Assembly (NCBI GenBank): GCA_965113315.1
Contig: OZ220365.1
Length of the DNA: 64,000 nucleotides
Direction: 5' to 3' (one strand)
From: Podarcis vaucheri
Lineage: Eukaryota
Shown: positions 48,401 through 61,566 of the stretch, piece after piece
Numbering within the stretch: position 1 is the stretch's first letter
Layout of the letters: each line of letters begins with the position of its first letter
The notes under the pieces: generated by a model
The model's database searches: none
What the model was told of the DNA's origin: nothing
Seen by the model: only the letters and a program-made list of their open reading frames with translations
Program-made: the position numbers and the translations under genes

Positions 48401-49815
48401 CGTGGTTTCACACTAACAATGCCCCTCCCATTAGCCATGTGTAGAAAGCACCAATCCATATGTGGTGATCACGACAATGAAACGTGGCCTTGTAATGAGC
48501 CAGAGCTTTTGTTTATTTTGTGTAGTGCTGTCATTCAGCTATGGCTCTTTCCTATATAATGTCATCCTACATAGTCCCCAACCCGCTCACCCCCCCCCTC
48601 TCTCACACATGTGCATAAGAAATAAGAAGATCTCACTGTTCCTTGCTTATCAGGTGCCTTCCTGGTCCAGGAGATTGCCTGCATTTTAGTAGAATGTGAC
48701 CAGCATTCTTTTTGTTCTCAGTAGAATCTCTGTGCCACGGAACAGCAGCAAAAATCCCGATTCCGCTCTGAAAGAGGGGAGATTTCCAAGTGACCCTATC
48801 TATCCCTTTCCAGCAATCATACAGAACAGAGAGAACAGTTGTATTGCTAGTCAACTTAACTGGGGGCGAATGTGTCCTAGAATTACAATACCTGAAAGCA
48901 GGATTTGCCTCTCTCTCTGAGTTTCTTCATACGCACACACAAAAGCTAGCGAATAATCCCCACCCCCACCCTATTCTAGAATGGGAGAATCTCCCTGCTT
49001 TTATTTTTAAAAGCATAAAATTGTTAGCAGGCCCATGAAAAGGGAGAGAGGGAGGGGGGGGGAGAATATTACGGTCCCTTGTTTGTCGGTTAACCTTCAC
49101 TGCAGAATTGATCTATGGGAATTTCTCACAGTGTAACATACTGTATCCAATTCCATAAACCTATTAGTGCCACCTGGGTTTGCATATCTGCAGTGCTGTC
49201 CAAGTGAAGACAGATTAGCTCTGTCACATGTTATGCCAGAGGGACAGCCTCACGAGGAGCCTGCCCTCGGGGAGGGGGGCGGGAAGAGAGACTCAGACCT
49301 TTAATGAGAATGCAGTGCTTTATAATAGCATTTGGTGGCCTAGAGATTTTCTGCCAAGTCGTTTTGAATTAAACTGGAATTCAGGAGTCAGCCTGTATGA
49401 TATTTTTTTCCTGTGTGTGTGGATGCTCTGTATACTGCTAATGTTAAATTCAACTCTCACGCTGAGGTCGACGAAATGCAACAGACTGTTCCCATTATAT
49501 CCTTCCTCTTTCTTTAAATTATAAAAGTTATTAATTTAGAAAAATCAGCAGAAGATAAAAACTCCCAATATGATGCTAGTTTGATATTTTTTTAAATGTA
49601 GACTATATTATAGAGGCTAAGCTGGTATATTATTTCCACAGTAAACCAACTTTCTTCAACTTGGTGTCTTCCAGATGTTTCAGACTTCAGTGCCCATCAG
49701 TCAATGGACAAGGATGATGGGAGTTGTAGCCCAAAATCTCTGGAGGACATCAAACTGATGCACCAATGAAAGATGGTGATTAAATATTATAGGGCAAGCA
49801 GGGAGAGGAATAAAA

Positions 49816-50165
49816 GTAAAGGTACCCCTGCCCGTACGGGCCAGTCTTGACAGACTCTAGGGTTGTGCGCTCATCTCACTCTATAGGCCGGGAGCCAGCG
49901 CTGTCCGCAGACACTTCTGGGTCATGTGGCCAGTGTGACGAAGCTACTCTGGTGAGCCAGAGTCGCACACAGAAACGCCGTTTTAACGCTAGTAATCGGT
50001 CCCTATTTATCTACTTGCACCTGGGGGTGCTTTTGAACTGCTAGGTTGGCAGGCGCTGGGACCGAACTACGGGAGTGCACCCCGCTGCGGGGATTCGAAC
50101 CGCCGACCATGCGTTCGGCAAGTCCTAGGCGCTGAGGTTTTACCCACAGCGCCACCCGCGTCCCT
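49816..50165 (-). mobile_element. Sauria SINE (distinct subfamily)
   Basis: GTAAAGGTACCCC tail; 13-bp TSD AGGGAGAGGAATA. Confidence 0.9.
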
Positions 50166-50659
50166 TAGGGAGAGGAATAGGCGGCCCTATATTATAGGTA
50201 CAATTTGTATTAAGGATTGCTCCTTTTTACAATGCCTTAAACTCGGAATAATGCAGAATTTCATCCAGGGTTGCAGTTCTGAAATTGCTATGATAGTGAA
50301 CATTGTACCAAAGATATACTATACCATTGTGAAGCTAACTTTTTTTTAAAAAAAGCCTTGCTGAGATTCACTCCCCATAAATGTGCATAGAATTGCAGCT
50401 CAGACCCCACCCCTTGAAGCTTTCATAAAATCAGCATGATGGCTTCAGGTGGGTTGTTCATGATATACAACTGGCACAAATTCCCTGACAGGTGTTGGCA
50501 ACTTTTCTGATAGTGCTCTTGTGCCTTTAACAGGTATGATATAGCTTGAAATTCACCAGGCAGGTGCAGCTTGGGAAACAGCTGAAGATTCACCTCTTTA
50601 TTCCTAGTTTTTGACACTTAAGATCTATATTTTTAAGGCCCTCCCATTTTTAAGTCGTT

Positions 50660-51045
50660 AGAAACAAGAGATTCTGCAGATGCTCTATGAATGTCCCGGA
50701 CACTGTAGAGCATATTCTCTTTCATTGCCCATTGTACAGTACGCTCCGTCAACGCGTGCTGTCCCCTCTTTTGGGTGGTCTGGAACCCCAGCAAGGTGAA
50801 TGTGCGGGATTCTGCCTATCCGACGTTGACCAAAGGGTAACGGCGGGGGTAGCCGAGTTTTTGGCTGCAGTCCTCCAAGGAGCAGGTTAACAAGGAAAAC
50901 CACTGATTTTATATGTATATATATATATATGATTGTAGCCAACTGCTGCCTTTTTATATATATTTCAAGGCTTTTACATGTTATTTTCCTTCTTACGGTT
51001 TTTATTTGCATAATGCCTAATAAAGGTTTGATTTCAGATTTCAGT
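50660..51045 (+). mobile_element. 5'-truncated non-LTR retrotransposon with C-terminal CCHC knuckle (clade uncertain)
   Basis: Frame reads RFCRCSMNVPDTVEHILFHCPLY; AATAAA then (GATTTCA)2 tail; perfect 14-bp TSD ATTTTTAAGTCGTT. Confidence 0.85.
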
Positions 51046-51798
51046 ATTTTTAAGTCGTTTTAAGCTTTTTTTAATATTGTGTATTATTGTGTTTTAATAT
51101 TGATTTTGTATTTTAATTGTTGCAACCTGGCCTGGGACCTTAGGTGAAGAGCAGGTAATAAATTGTAGTAGGAGGAGTAATCCTCATGCCTCACTTTCTG
51201 CTTTTCATGCAGCTTTTAAGGACAGAAGGGTCCTGCCAAGACCAAGGAATGGGACAACCCTGCTGCTAGAATCCACCCAACCAAAGGTATTCATACGTTC
51301 ATCTACTATATATTGTGGAAAGCTGCCTGTTTGCTATGCATTTGTGCACCTCTGAAGATATTTTGACCAAATTTTCTGCGAGGGTTACTGTGAGCAGGGT
51401 TTTTCCTCTCTGTTCGGGTACAACTGGACACCATTTTGATTCAAGATGGCTTACCAAGAATATATTATAGAGAATTTATTATGCGGGGGGAAATGTATGG
51501 AAAGGAACATAGAATTCAATGTTCCTGCCTCCCTCTCACCCTTTTCCTTTCCAGGTGCTGCCGATGTACAGTTGCCCTGTGCCAAAGAAATTGGATGGTC
51601 ACTCTGCAAGTGTAAACACAGGCTTAAAGACATGCTTTGGCTTTTATATTTATTTCCCCACTTCCTTATGAAAAAGGCATTCTCAGTCCCAGTTTCTCAT
51701 GGCCCTGCAGAACCTTAAGAAGAGATAAGGCCATCCACCCAACCCAGATTGTTGAGGGGCCTTAAAAGAAATATTCATGGTTCCATTAGTTTCCTTGG

Positions 51799-52045
51799 TG
51801 TTATGTACTGAAGTTCTCACCCTGGGCCAGCAGGGGGATACTGTAGATAGTTATGCAAATGAAGGATCGAAAGTGACGTTCAGTGATTGGATAGTTTTAG
51901 AAAGTTGCTACAGTAACGTTGTAGTGGAGCTCTATATAAGCAGGCTGACTGAGCCCTTCAGTTCAGTTCTGCTCTGGCCTCCGAATAAATAAGAGCTGTT
52001 TGAAGAATCGCTGTGTCGTCTGATATGTTCACCCACAACTTAACA
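51799..52045 (+). mobile_element. Solo LTR (247 bp) with intact-looking promoter motifs
   Basis: TGTTA...TAACA termini, TSD CTTGG/CTTGT, TATATAA at 51933, AATAAA at 51984. Confidence 0.8.
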
Positions 52046-52913
52046 CTTGTATTCTGTGAAACATGTGTCAGGAAGCAGAGCCAGCCCTACCATTAGGAAG
52101 AGTGAGGTACGTAACTGTCTCAGGCAGCATACGTTGGAGAGCAGAAAATGGAACCAAGGCACTAGGAGAACATAGCTGTCTTCCTTAGGTAGTCTGTGGA
52201 GCTCAGGTGTGGCAGAGAAAGCTTCCTGTTGCCTGTGTTGGAGTAATATCAAATAGCCAGTCTGGTTGGCTACCCTGAGTGGAATGGGGAGCACCATCTT
52301 GTCCTCCCCACCCCACCCCCTGCAGCAAAAAGTCCTATCTGATCAGGAAGAGCCTGTGAATGGAGAATAACGTGTGTGGTCAGAGTTTAACACTCATGCC
52401 TGCATGCATGAAATTGGTACTATGCGAAAACAGTTGCAGGACTGGGACTGGGACTATATGGTAACTTGAAGATATGCCAGTTAGTGTATAGCCTATATCT
52501 TCGCTTTTGTTTTGTTATTGCACAGTTTTGCCTAAAAACCTCCCACAACAGCACAGATGGGGTGCACATGGAAGACCCATTCACAAAACATTAGGATCAT
52601 TCACAGGTGGGGAAACTGGATTCTACTTTATGTTAGCTTTGGAAATCTAAATTTGCTTGTAGATGTTGAGATGAGAAAAGCATGTGGCAAAGTGCACTTA
52701 AAAACCCCAAAAAAACTATTTACAGTCTTCAGCAGGAGATAATAAGATCACCCAGATAACCTGATGTCTTTTATTATGGAGTTAGGGGGACCATAGCTAC
52801 ATGCCTGTATGGTTCAGCTTGGTAGTCCATTGGGATTTTTTTATTTTTAAAAAAGAGAGACATTGGACAACTGAATTAAACTCATATTTCACCCATGATT
52901 TGATTCAAAGCCA

Positions 52914-53098
52914 GGGCTTATCCACACTTTCTAGGTGCAGGTCTGTGCTTCAAAGCGCTGTGTCTGAGTGCCCTGGCACTTTCCCCCAAAAACCCTGCTC
53001 TTTACTGCTGAAAACAATTCCACAGAGAATCCTGATTGCTGTTTGCACTGATTCAGCAGACACTGCCTAGAAAGCAAAAGTTAAGTGTGGATGAGCCC
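52914..53098. mobile_element. PIF/Harbinger-like MITE
   Basis: TIR GGGCTTATCCACACTT / AAGTGTGGATGAGCCC, 3-bp TSD CCA. Confidence 0.7.
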
Positions 53099-54649
53099 CC
53101 AGTCTCAGTTTCCCATTTGTAAACTGGGAATGATGCACCCTGATCAAAGTAGGAATCTAAAAAAAAAGCAGGAGTCAAATGGCATAGGAGGACCACACCT
53201 TTTCTGTTGCCTCTGTGTGTGACTGCAGTGACCTTACAACTAATTCTGGAAAAAGAACTGAGTCTGAAACTTGTGTCAGAAACATTCTGGGGGTGGTGGT
53301 GGTGGTTGTGGTTGGACTCCCCTCCCCTCTCACTTCTCTATTTGTCTTCCTTGTTGGTCTATGTGGGGAGATGACATTAAAGTTTCTGAGGGAGGCGGCC
53401 AGTCGCATTACAGCAGCGGCAGGGAACCTGTGGGGAATCTGGATGTGGCTGGACTACAACTCCCATCATCCCTGACTATTGGCCATGCTGGCTGGAGCTT
53501 ATGGGGGGGGGCGGGTTTGGAGTCAACAGCACCCAGAGGGCCACATGTTCACTGTCCAGTTTCACATGCTCGCGCCCCACCCCATGGCAACTCTCCACTG
53601 CAATTCTCCGCCGCACTGGCGGAAGTGAAGAGCTCCACTTCCCACCATATCAGTTATGAAGGCTTAAAACTGAGGACTGGACCATAACAAGTTAAATTTG
53701 CTAACATTCTTTCTTTGGGGTATTTTCCTCCCCTTGTACAATTATTTCCTCCCACGTAACAACTGAGCTAAAAACATATAAAGGCAAGCTTCATTACTTA
53801 GACAACACCATATGCCAAGACAACTGGACAGAGCCCGATAACGTTTGTTGTGCTGAATATGTTTTAAAGTTTTGTGTTAAGGTATAAATCTTTTAAAACT
53901 TTATTTATTTCTGACTGGGTTTTTTCCCCCTTTTTTAAAGAAAAACTTCCCCTTGTTTGATTTAATGCATTTCTCTGTCTTTTTTTCTAATAGTATAACC
54001 AATCAATATTAATATGGCACAACCAATTAATGATAATACAGATTGTTCTATGTCATTTAGCAGCATATGAGGCTTTTGCTTGACTTTAGTTTTACTTTTT
54101 AAAAGCAGAAAAACACATGTAGCGCCCCCCCTGACAAATGAAATAATTAAGAATTAGTTGTTAGAAAGGGGGGCGCTTTGAGATTAGGCACTCTTTTGGC
54201 TCGCGTTTGCATTGTAGTTCATCAACTGCAGCAAGTAATCTGTTATCATGGCGTTCTCTTCTAAGCCCTATTATCTGGCCCGCAGATTCCTACACATGAC
54301 TAGTCCTCGGCAGCGAACAAAAATGGCATCTAAATCCTGAATGTCACTCTTAAGCACTTGGCAGCAGAAGGGCTCATCTGAGGAAGATTAAGTTAATAGA
54401 AGCGTTTGGGTAACATCTGCATGCCTCCATCCTAGCAAGGCAAACTCGCACTGCAGTGACACGTGATCAGGGATTTCTTCGATTATCACTTAAGTACCTG
54501 ACTGGGTTTTGGTGCATAGATACATGTGCATATGCACACATGCCCTTTCTACATGCATGTAGAAAGTTGCAAGTTATGTGATGTAATCTCTGTGTTGGAG
54601 CATTTGTTTGTCTGTAATATACACATTTGAAACTGCATCATGTTAACAA

Positions 54650-54863
54650 ATCATAGAATCATAGAGCTGGAAGAGACCACAAGGGCCATCGAGTCCAACC
54701 CCCTGCCAAGCAGGAAACACCATCAGAGCACTCCTGACATATGGCTGTCAAGCCTCTGCTTAAAGACCTCCAAAGAAGGAGACTCCACCACACTCCTTGG
54801 CAGCAAAATCCACTGTCAAACAGCTCTTACTGTCAGGAAGTTCTTCCTAATGTTTAGGTGGAA
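54650..54863 (-). mobile_element. CR1 LINE 3' end (second family)
   Basis: ATCATAGAATCATAGA is the reverse of the (ATTCTATG)n tail; AGGAAGTTCTTCCTAATGTTTAG. Confidence 0.85.
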
Positions 54864-55116
54864 TAAATGTTGGGTTCCTCCCCCTCTCTCTGCCTCAACT
54901 CTGGCACAGAACCATTTCCTTTGTTACCTTAATGGTCCATACTTAGAGGGTCATTACCACACCAGGAAGCTGGGCTTCCTATTCTAGGAATGAAATCTAT
55001 GCTGTATCAAGGAATTAGAAGGGGGCTCAGGTATACAGCCTACACCGCCCCCGCCCCCAGTTCATAACAATATGTAGGATTGTGCTGTAAATCCTATTGA
55101 AACCGGTGGTATTGAA

Positions 55117-55369
55117 AGAAGAAGAAGAAGAGGAGTTTGGATTTGATATCCCGCTTTATCATTACCCGAAGGAGTCTCAAAGCGGCTAACAATCTCCTTT
55201 CCCTTCCTCCCCCACAACAAACACTCTGTGAGGTGAGTGGGGCTGAGAGACTTCAGAGAAGTGTGACTAGCCCAAGGTCACCCAGCAGCTGCATGTGGAG
55301 GAGCGGGGAATCGAACCTGGTTCCCCAGATTACGAGTGTACCGCTCTTAACCACTACACCACACTGGCT
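55117..55369 (-). mobile_element. tRNA-derived SINE (Squam3-like)
   Basis: Near-identical to 1256..1509. Confidence 0.88.
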
Positions 55370-56112
55370 CTCAAGATCTCAACTCACTCAAGTGCCAATG
55401 CTTTTTAGTAAGATCTAGCCATCACAAACCTTCAGTTAGGATCGGGCTGCTTGTGCAAACTATTAAATACTGAAATATGGTCCCGGCAGATGGTCTATAT
55501 TGATGTGACACAGAGAGTGCATAATAAGTATCTGATTAGCTAATAAAAAGTAAAATAAAAGGGGAAAGTAATTTTAACTTCATACAAACTTGCTATCTTT
55601 TTCATGGGAGAACTATCTCTGGGGATCTCATATACCTAATTGTAATGAAAAAATAAGTGCCATTATGGCCCCAGATCAGTGCATGAGCTTTTCACCTCAG
55701 TTGACTTGGACCCCCAAATATGGTTCTTGTTGAGCACCTAGGAAAAGTTCTCTTTCATCTTTATAAATGCCTCTTATAATGGCTGTCTCAACCCCTAAGG
55801 GACAAACTTTAGTGTGTGTGAACAGGTAGAGGGAAAGCATCAACACAGCAGAGGCAAGTTTGTCACATGGTCTGGCGGAGGTTGTCGCAAATGGGGTGCA
55901 TCCACTGGATCAGTCAGTGGAAGACTCCCTTTAATGCAGAGCTGGGGAACCTGTGGCCTTTCAGAGTTGGCTGAATTATGACTCTTCTTGTTCCTGTCCA
56001 GGGAGCGTCAGCTGGGTGAGCTGATGAGACTTGGAGGCTAACACCACCTGGATAGATAGCCGCAGAGGCTTCCCAAAATTCAAAAACATTAATGTTTTGA
56101 ATTCCCCATTGA

Positions 56113-56113
<1 letters not shown>

Positions 56114-56154
<41 letters not shown>

Positions 56155-56620
56155 TTGTATGCCACCCATCTGACTGGGTTGCCTCGGCCACTCTGGGCGG
56201 CTCCCAACATAGTTTGATAAAACATCAAATATTAAAAACTTTACTAAACAGGGCTGCCTTCAGATGTCTTCTAAAAGTCAAACAGTTGTTTATTTCCTTG
56301 CCATCTGATGGGAGGGTGTTCCACTGGGCAGGTGCGACTACTGAGAAGGCCGCCAGCCTGGTTCCCTGTAACCTCACCTCTCGCAGTGAGGCAACCAACA
56401 GAAGGCCCTCAGTGTCTGGACTGAATGATGGGGATGGAGACACACCCTTCAGGTATACAGGGCCAAAGCCGTTTAGGGCTTCAAAGATCAGCACCAACAC
56501 TTTGAATTGTGCTCGGAAACATACTGGGAACCAATGTAGAACCAATGTTCTATGGTCCCAGCGGCTGTTCCCAGTCACCAGTCTAGCATCCGCATTCTGG
56601 ATTAATTATAGTTTCCAAAC
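56114..56620 (-). mobile_element. L2 LINE 3' end
   Basis: Minus-strand ORF LHWFPVCFRAQFKVLVL...AFSVVAPAQWNTLP; microsatellite tail. Confidence 0.9.
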
Positions 56621-57684
56621 CGGCATCAAGATCTCTTTGGGCTTTCTGAGCAGCATTTCCCCAATTTAAAAGATGGCCAAACACCTGGAATCCTCCCAAA
56701 GAGCTTACTACATCCTTTGTTCTGTACGTCAGAGATGACGTACCATTTGCTTCTCCCTGGCAATATTTTTATGATGCACTGGATGGAACAGGCACAATAG
56801 TTTGCATGCCTGCAACCATTTACCACACCCACAGAAAATAGGCAAAATTAAGTTTGCCAAAACCAGGGCAACCCAAAAAACCTGAAATTCTCCATGGATG
56901 TCAATTCCACTTTTGAAATCCTGGTAAGGTCCGGACGTATGGGAGCCCTAGCAAAATGCTGAAATATTGTTCCCTCTCAGATTTGGTTGTTTGATTCTGT
57001 TTCCATGAGAAAGATCCCCTTCTGCTGTCAGGCTGCTGCTGTTGCACCTTGAATCATCCATTCTAACTTTTAAAAGATTGTTGAGTCTTTAAGGAAGCCA
57101 TAAGCATTTCTGATGTTTTATTAATCCCAGTCTGCTTTGATTACCGTGCCTCAACTGACTCCAGCACTCCTGGGTAGTGATGGCAGAGGCGGTGGCAATC
57201 AGGCTAATATTGATTTACCTACATACAGCATGTAGTAGATCAGTGGTATCAAGTGTGATTCTGTTTTAGCAGTGGCTTTGCAACACAAATCTAAGCTGAC
57301 AGTTTTATAAGACCCTCTCCGGCTCAATTTTGAAGGAAATAGGTTACAGCTTGTGTTGTAGTCATTTTGTTTTAACACCGGCACTTGGCAATTCAAAAGT
57401 GTTTTTGAAGACCAAAACAGTTCCCAAGGTTTCATCTTTTGACTATACAGCAGATATTCATTATTTATATATTTATAACTGTATAAAACAAAGGGTGCAG
57501 AGATATCCAAGAAGCCACATATGCTTTTACAGTATGCTCATTCTTGGAGGACATCCGTGGCTTATATGGCCCTCCTTTGGGTGCTAATCCAAACACGGGG
57601 CAGGGAAGTTTGTTTCCTACTTTTAAACCTATTTGCTTATATATGAAAGAATCTGCTTAAGCCATCAAATCCCTTGCTCACAGG

Positions 57685-57839
57685 CAGTGGTGTAGCGTGG
57701 GGGGTGCAGGGGGGGCCGGTCGCACCGGTCGCAACATCTGGGGGGGTGCTCGCTCGCATTCGAGTGCTAAAATCCACGGGTTAGGGGGCGCAAATTACTT
57801 GCCTTGCCCCGGGTGCTGACAACCCACGCTATGCCACTG
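57685..57839. mobile_element. hAT MITE (CAGTGG ends)
   Basis: 17-bp imperfect TIR CAGTGGTGTAGCGTGGG / CCCACGCTATGCCACTG; perfect 8-bp TSD CTCACAGG. Confidence 0.9.
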
Positions 57840-59987
57840 CTCACAGGATATCTGCAAAGAATACTTGAATGGAGGTGATGCCTGTCCTCAGACATCACCC
57901 AATGTCTAAAAAGTTTGGCTCCTTTCCCAGATGCTTGAAAGAACAGATTGATTAAAGATCTGGGCACTTTTGGCTCTCCCCCCCCCCCAATTCCTGGATT
58001 TGTATGATTGCAATGAAGTTTGGTGTGCCATGTTTTAGAAAATGACTTTCTGGCCTTTGGAGATACATAACTTAGCAATACCTGGCACAGCTCTCTTCCC
58101 TAAAACCATAGTTCTGAGAAACCCTTTTCTCTGTACCCTTAGGCATTGAGTTGACCCCTTGGGAACAAGTGGGAGGACAAGATGGGCCTTTGGCCTTCTC
58201 CAGAAGAGCTCTTCTTACCTCATTACATTATTTTCTTTTTGACCCCTCTCCAGCAGAACACAACATATATGCAAGGCTGAGGGAAGAGAGTCTGTCACCC
58301 ACAGAGGCATGGACATATTGTTATGAGGTTGGGATGGGAGGTACAGGAGAAGAGATTGAGAGTCTCTGGTCAACATGTTTCGAAAAGCTTTTGTGTCCCG
58401 TCCCCCCAGCATACTGGAACAGTGAGTAAAATACTATAGGCTAGACTCAACATTTGATCTTTGTTGAAAGTTTTGCATGGCTTGATATCAAATCATATTT
58501 TCCATACAATTTGCAAAGATTTTTGCTGGGAGAGGGGGGAAAAATGTGGTGTGAATTAATGGCCTTTGTTTTCCGGCTTCAAGAAGGCAAAACACAGCTG
58601 GAATTGTTTCTTTTGAATGTTCTTTCTCCTCGGGACTCATTTAACGGGTTTAATTATAAAGCAACAATTGACAAAAGACATCAAATACAATAGTCCCCAA
58701 CATTCTCTCTGTATAGCCTAGTGGTCCTGGGTGGATTTTTTTAAACATTAGGAGGTTCAGGGCGGCACTTGCAAGGTATATTTGCGAGTATTGGAGATGC
58801 ACTGGTATCTTTGATTGAGTAGTCATGATGGAAAGGGTTCTGTGTCGCTTTTAGTGGGAGAAATGGATCATTCTGCCAGTTTGGGTTTCTTTCTGTTTCT
58901 CATGTTTCCAGTCTTAAACTCAGTTCTCCGCATTTCTGAACCAGTTTGCTTTTATTTAAAAGAAAAGAAAAGGCCACATACAAATTTGTCAGCATTTAGT
59001 GGAATCCGATGAACTCATTTTGTGTGTCATTTTGTCCAACAGCCACATTTTTTTTTGCAAACAATACTGTCTCGTGTCATGCATTTTTGTATGTTAGTTT
59101 CACCGATGCACACATTTTTATGCACCCTTTCCTCTAATATACACATTTTGCATGCATTATTTGGTTGGAAAACTGCACCACAGAATTCAGAGAAGTGTGA
59201 ATTTCAAAGGGTAGCTGCACTTCAGTTTGCATATTGTTTCAGGAAGTGTTAATTAGAGTTTCATATTCACATGTCAGCTGAAACAAATTTCTCCCCTATC
59301 TTTGTGTGTGTGTGTGTGTGTATTTGTGCTTGTGGAAAAGCAAGGGGTGCTAGCTTCTTAAAACATCACTTTTGAAAACTAAACTAATTCGTTTATTAAA
59401 ATATTTTAAACCACCCTTCATCAGTCAGATATGGAAGGCAGTGTATGAAAGAAAAGACCCAACAAACGGTCTTGAAACCATAATATATAAACATAAAATG
59501 CAAGCAAAACAATGTGGGGGTTTTTTTGCTTAAAAAAGGCAATAAAAACGTAAACAACTGAAATACCTAGAAAAAACAGAAACACTTTAACTTTGCACTT
59601 GAATAGCAAACAGAATCGGCACTCATTTTGTTTCTACAGTTTCCAGGCCTCTCTGTTTAGCCCTCATAACACTACAGGCCTCACTAGTCCTTGCTTTGCA
59701 GCTCATGTGCTTTTGCCTGGCTGGAATGTGTTCTTGAACTCTGTTGATGCTTCTTGTTCATATGGATGGAGGATAGTCAAAGGTAAACGCTTGCTCCTCC
59801 CACTTTTGTTGCTCCTCCCATGTTTGCCTCTGGCCCCACCCACCACTCCCAGGTCATCCTTGGAAAGTTGCCAAGAATGGAAAGTGGTCCTTAGTCTGAA
59901 AGAAGTCTGCAAATGTATCCCCCCCTCATCCCTGGCATGGCAGGGGTCTGTGCACATGCCTCCCAAATTTCCTGCTCCATGCTATAG

Positions 59988-60176
59988 TAGGGCTGCCATA
60001 CATCTGGGATTTGTCCACTGAAAACAGCGTCCAGGTGTATAGCAGTCTATATTGGAAGTGTTGACTTTTTGGCGAATTTCCCCCCAAAAAGCTCAACAAC
60101 ATTGGCCCAAACAAAACAAAAGAAGTTAAACAACTTTTGTGTCCAGATTTTCACTTCCTGAAATATAGCACCCCTA
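59988..60176. mobile_element. hAT MITE with TAGGG ends
   Basis: Perfect 8-bp TSD TGCTATAG. Confidence 0.85.
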
Positions 60177-60317
60177 TGCTATAGCCCTAATCCAAACCAT
60201 CCCCAAACTGCTGTTAACCATGGATGGGAAACATGCAGCCATGACTGGTGCTTGTATGTTTTCATCTCCATGGTAATAGACCTTGGGGATGGGATTTGGA
60301 CCTGTCTTCTACCAGTC

Positions 60318-60545
60318 AGATAGTTGTTTATTTCCTTGACATCTTATGGGAGGGCATTCCACAGGAAGGGCCCCACTGCCAAGAAGGCCCTCTGCCTGGT
60401 TCCCTGTAACCGCACCTCTCGCAATGAGGGAACCACCAAAAGGCCCTTGGAGCTGGACCTTAGTGTCTTGGTTGGATGATGGGGGTGGAGATGCTCCTTC
60501 AGATATACAGAGCTGAAGCCTTTTAGGGCTTCCTTCAGGTATTTG
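60318..60545 (-). mobile_element. L2 LINE fragment
   Basis: Minus-strand ORF YLKEHLHPH...RAFLAVGPFLWNALP. Confidence 0.85.
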
Positions 60546-60825
60546 GGTCCGAAGTCTTTTAGGACTCCCCTTCTCCTTGGGCCATGTCCCTGATTTAAAC
60601 TGGTGGACCCACAGCTTCTTTCAGAAGATGGAAAGTATGTTGGGAGATCCAGTTGCATTTCTCCCCCAGAACATCCCTAGACCATGAGATTCCCAATTCA
60701 AGTCCTGGAGAGCCATATGTATATAAATCAAATATTATTTGTAATAAGAGTTGACCCTACAGCTTTAATTTTCTGGAAGCCAGTCTCTGAGCCGCCTCAA
60801 GCAAGATTTATTTTTGTACATAAAA

Positions 60826-61084
60826 AGGTAAAGGTAAAGGACCCCTTACAGTTAAGTCCAGTTGTGGACGACTCTGGGGTTGCGGCGCTCATCTCGCTTT
60901 ACAGGCCGAGGGAGCCAGCATTCGCAGACAGTTTTTCTGGGTCATGTGGCCAGCATGACTAAGCTGCACAACGGAATACCGAAACCAGAGCAGTGCATGG
61001 AAATGCTGTTTACCTTCCTGCCAGAGCAGTACCTATTTATCGACTTGCACTTTTTTTTGCGGTGGGCATGCTTTCGAACTGCTA
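60826..61084 (-). mobile_element. Sauria SINE, 5'-truncated
   Basis: AAGGTAAAGGTAAAGGACCCC tail; body matches 1721..1965. Confidence 0.85.
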
Positions 61085-61566
61085 CATAGGATGTAGCACA
61101 TAGTAGTACGTAGGATGTACATAGTACATAGGATGTGCATATGATACCTGATGACAAAATATGAGTTGAGCCGCAGATGTGTACACATGTGTGCATTTTC
61201 TCACCCGCCCTTAGCCCTTTAAGAATGTGTACAGATAGGGGGCCTAATCCTTCCTTGATTGCTGCCTGTGTGTAGTAAGAAATAAGACAGTTGGCATTCA
61301 ATTCCCACATGTGCAATGCAGATGTCATACATGACATGTGTATTCTCCACTCCGGTATCATATCTTAGTACAGAAAATTTAAATGAAGGGGCTTTCAGAA
61401 TGGGGTAGGCTGTGGGTTTCGTGTCCACATCTCTGAATAATTCCCTTACACTATTCCATGACCTCAATGTGTTCTTCTACTACTGTACATCTTGTTTGGA
61501 ACTGCTAATATGGTCAACGAACCATTAAGACAAGCTCTGTAAACTTCCTGTAGACAAACCAAAGAG

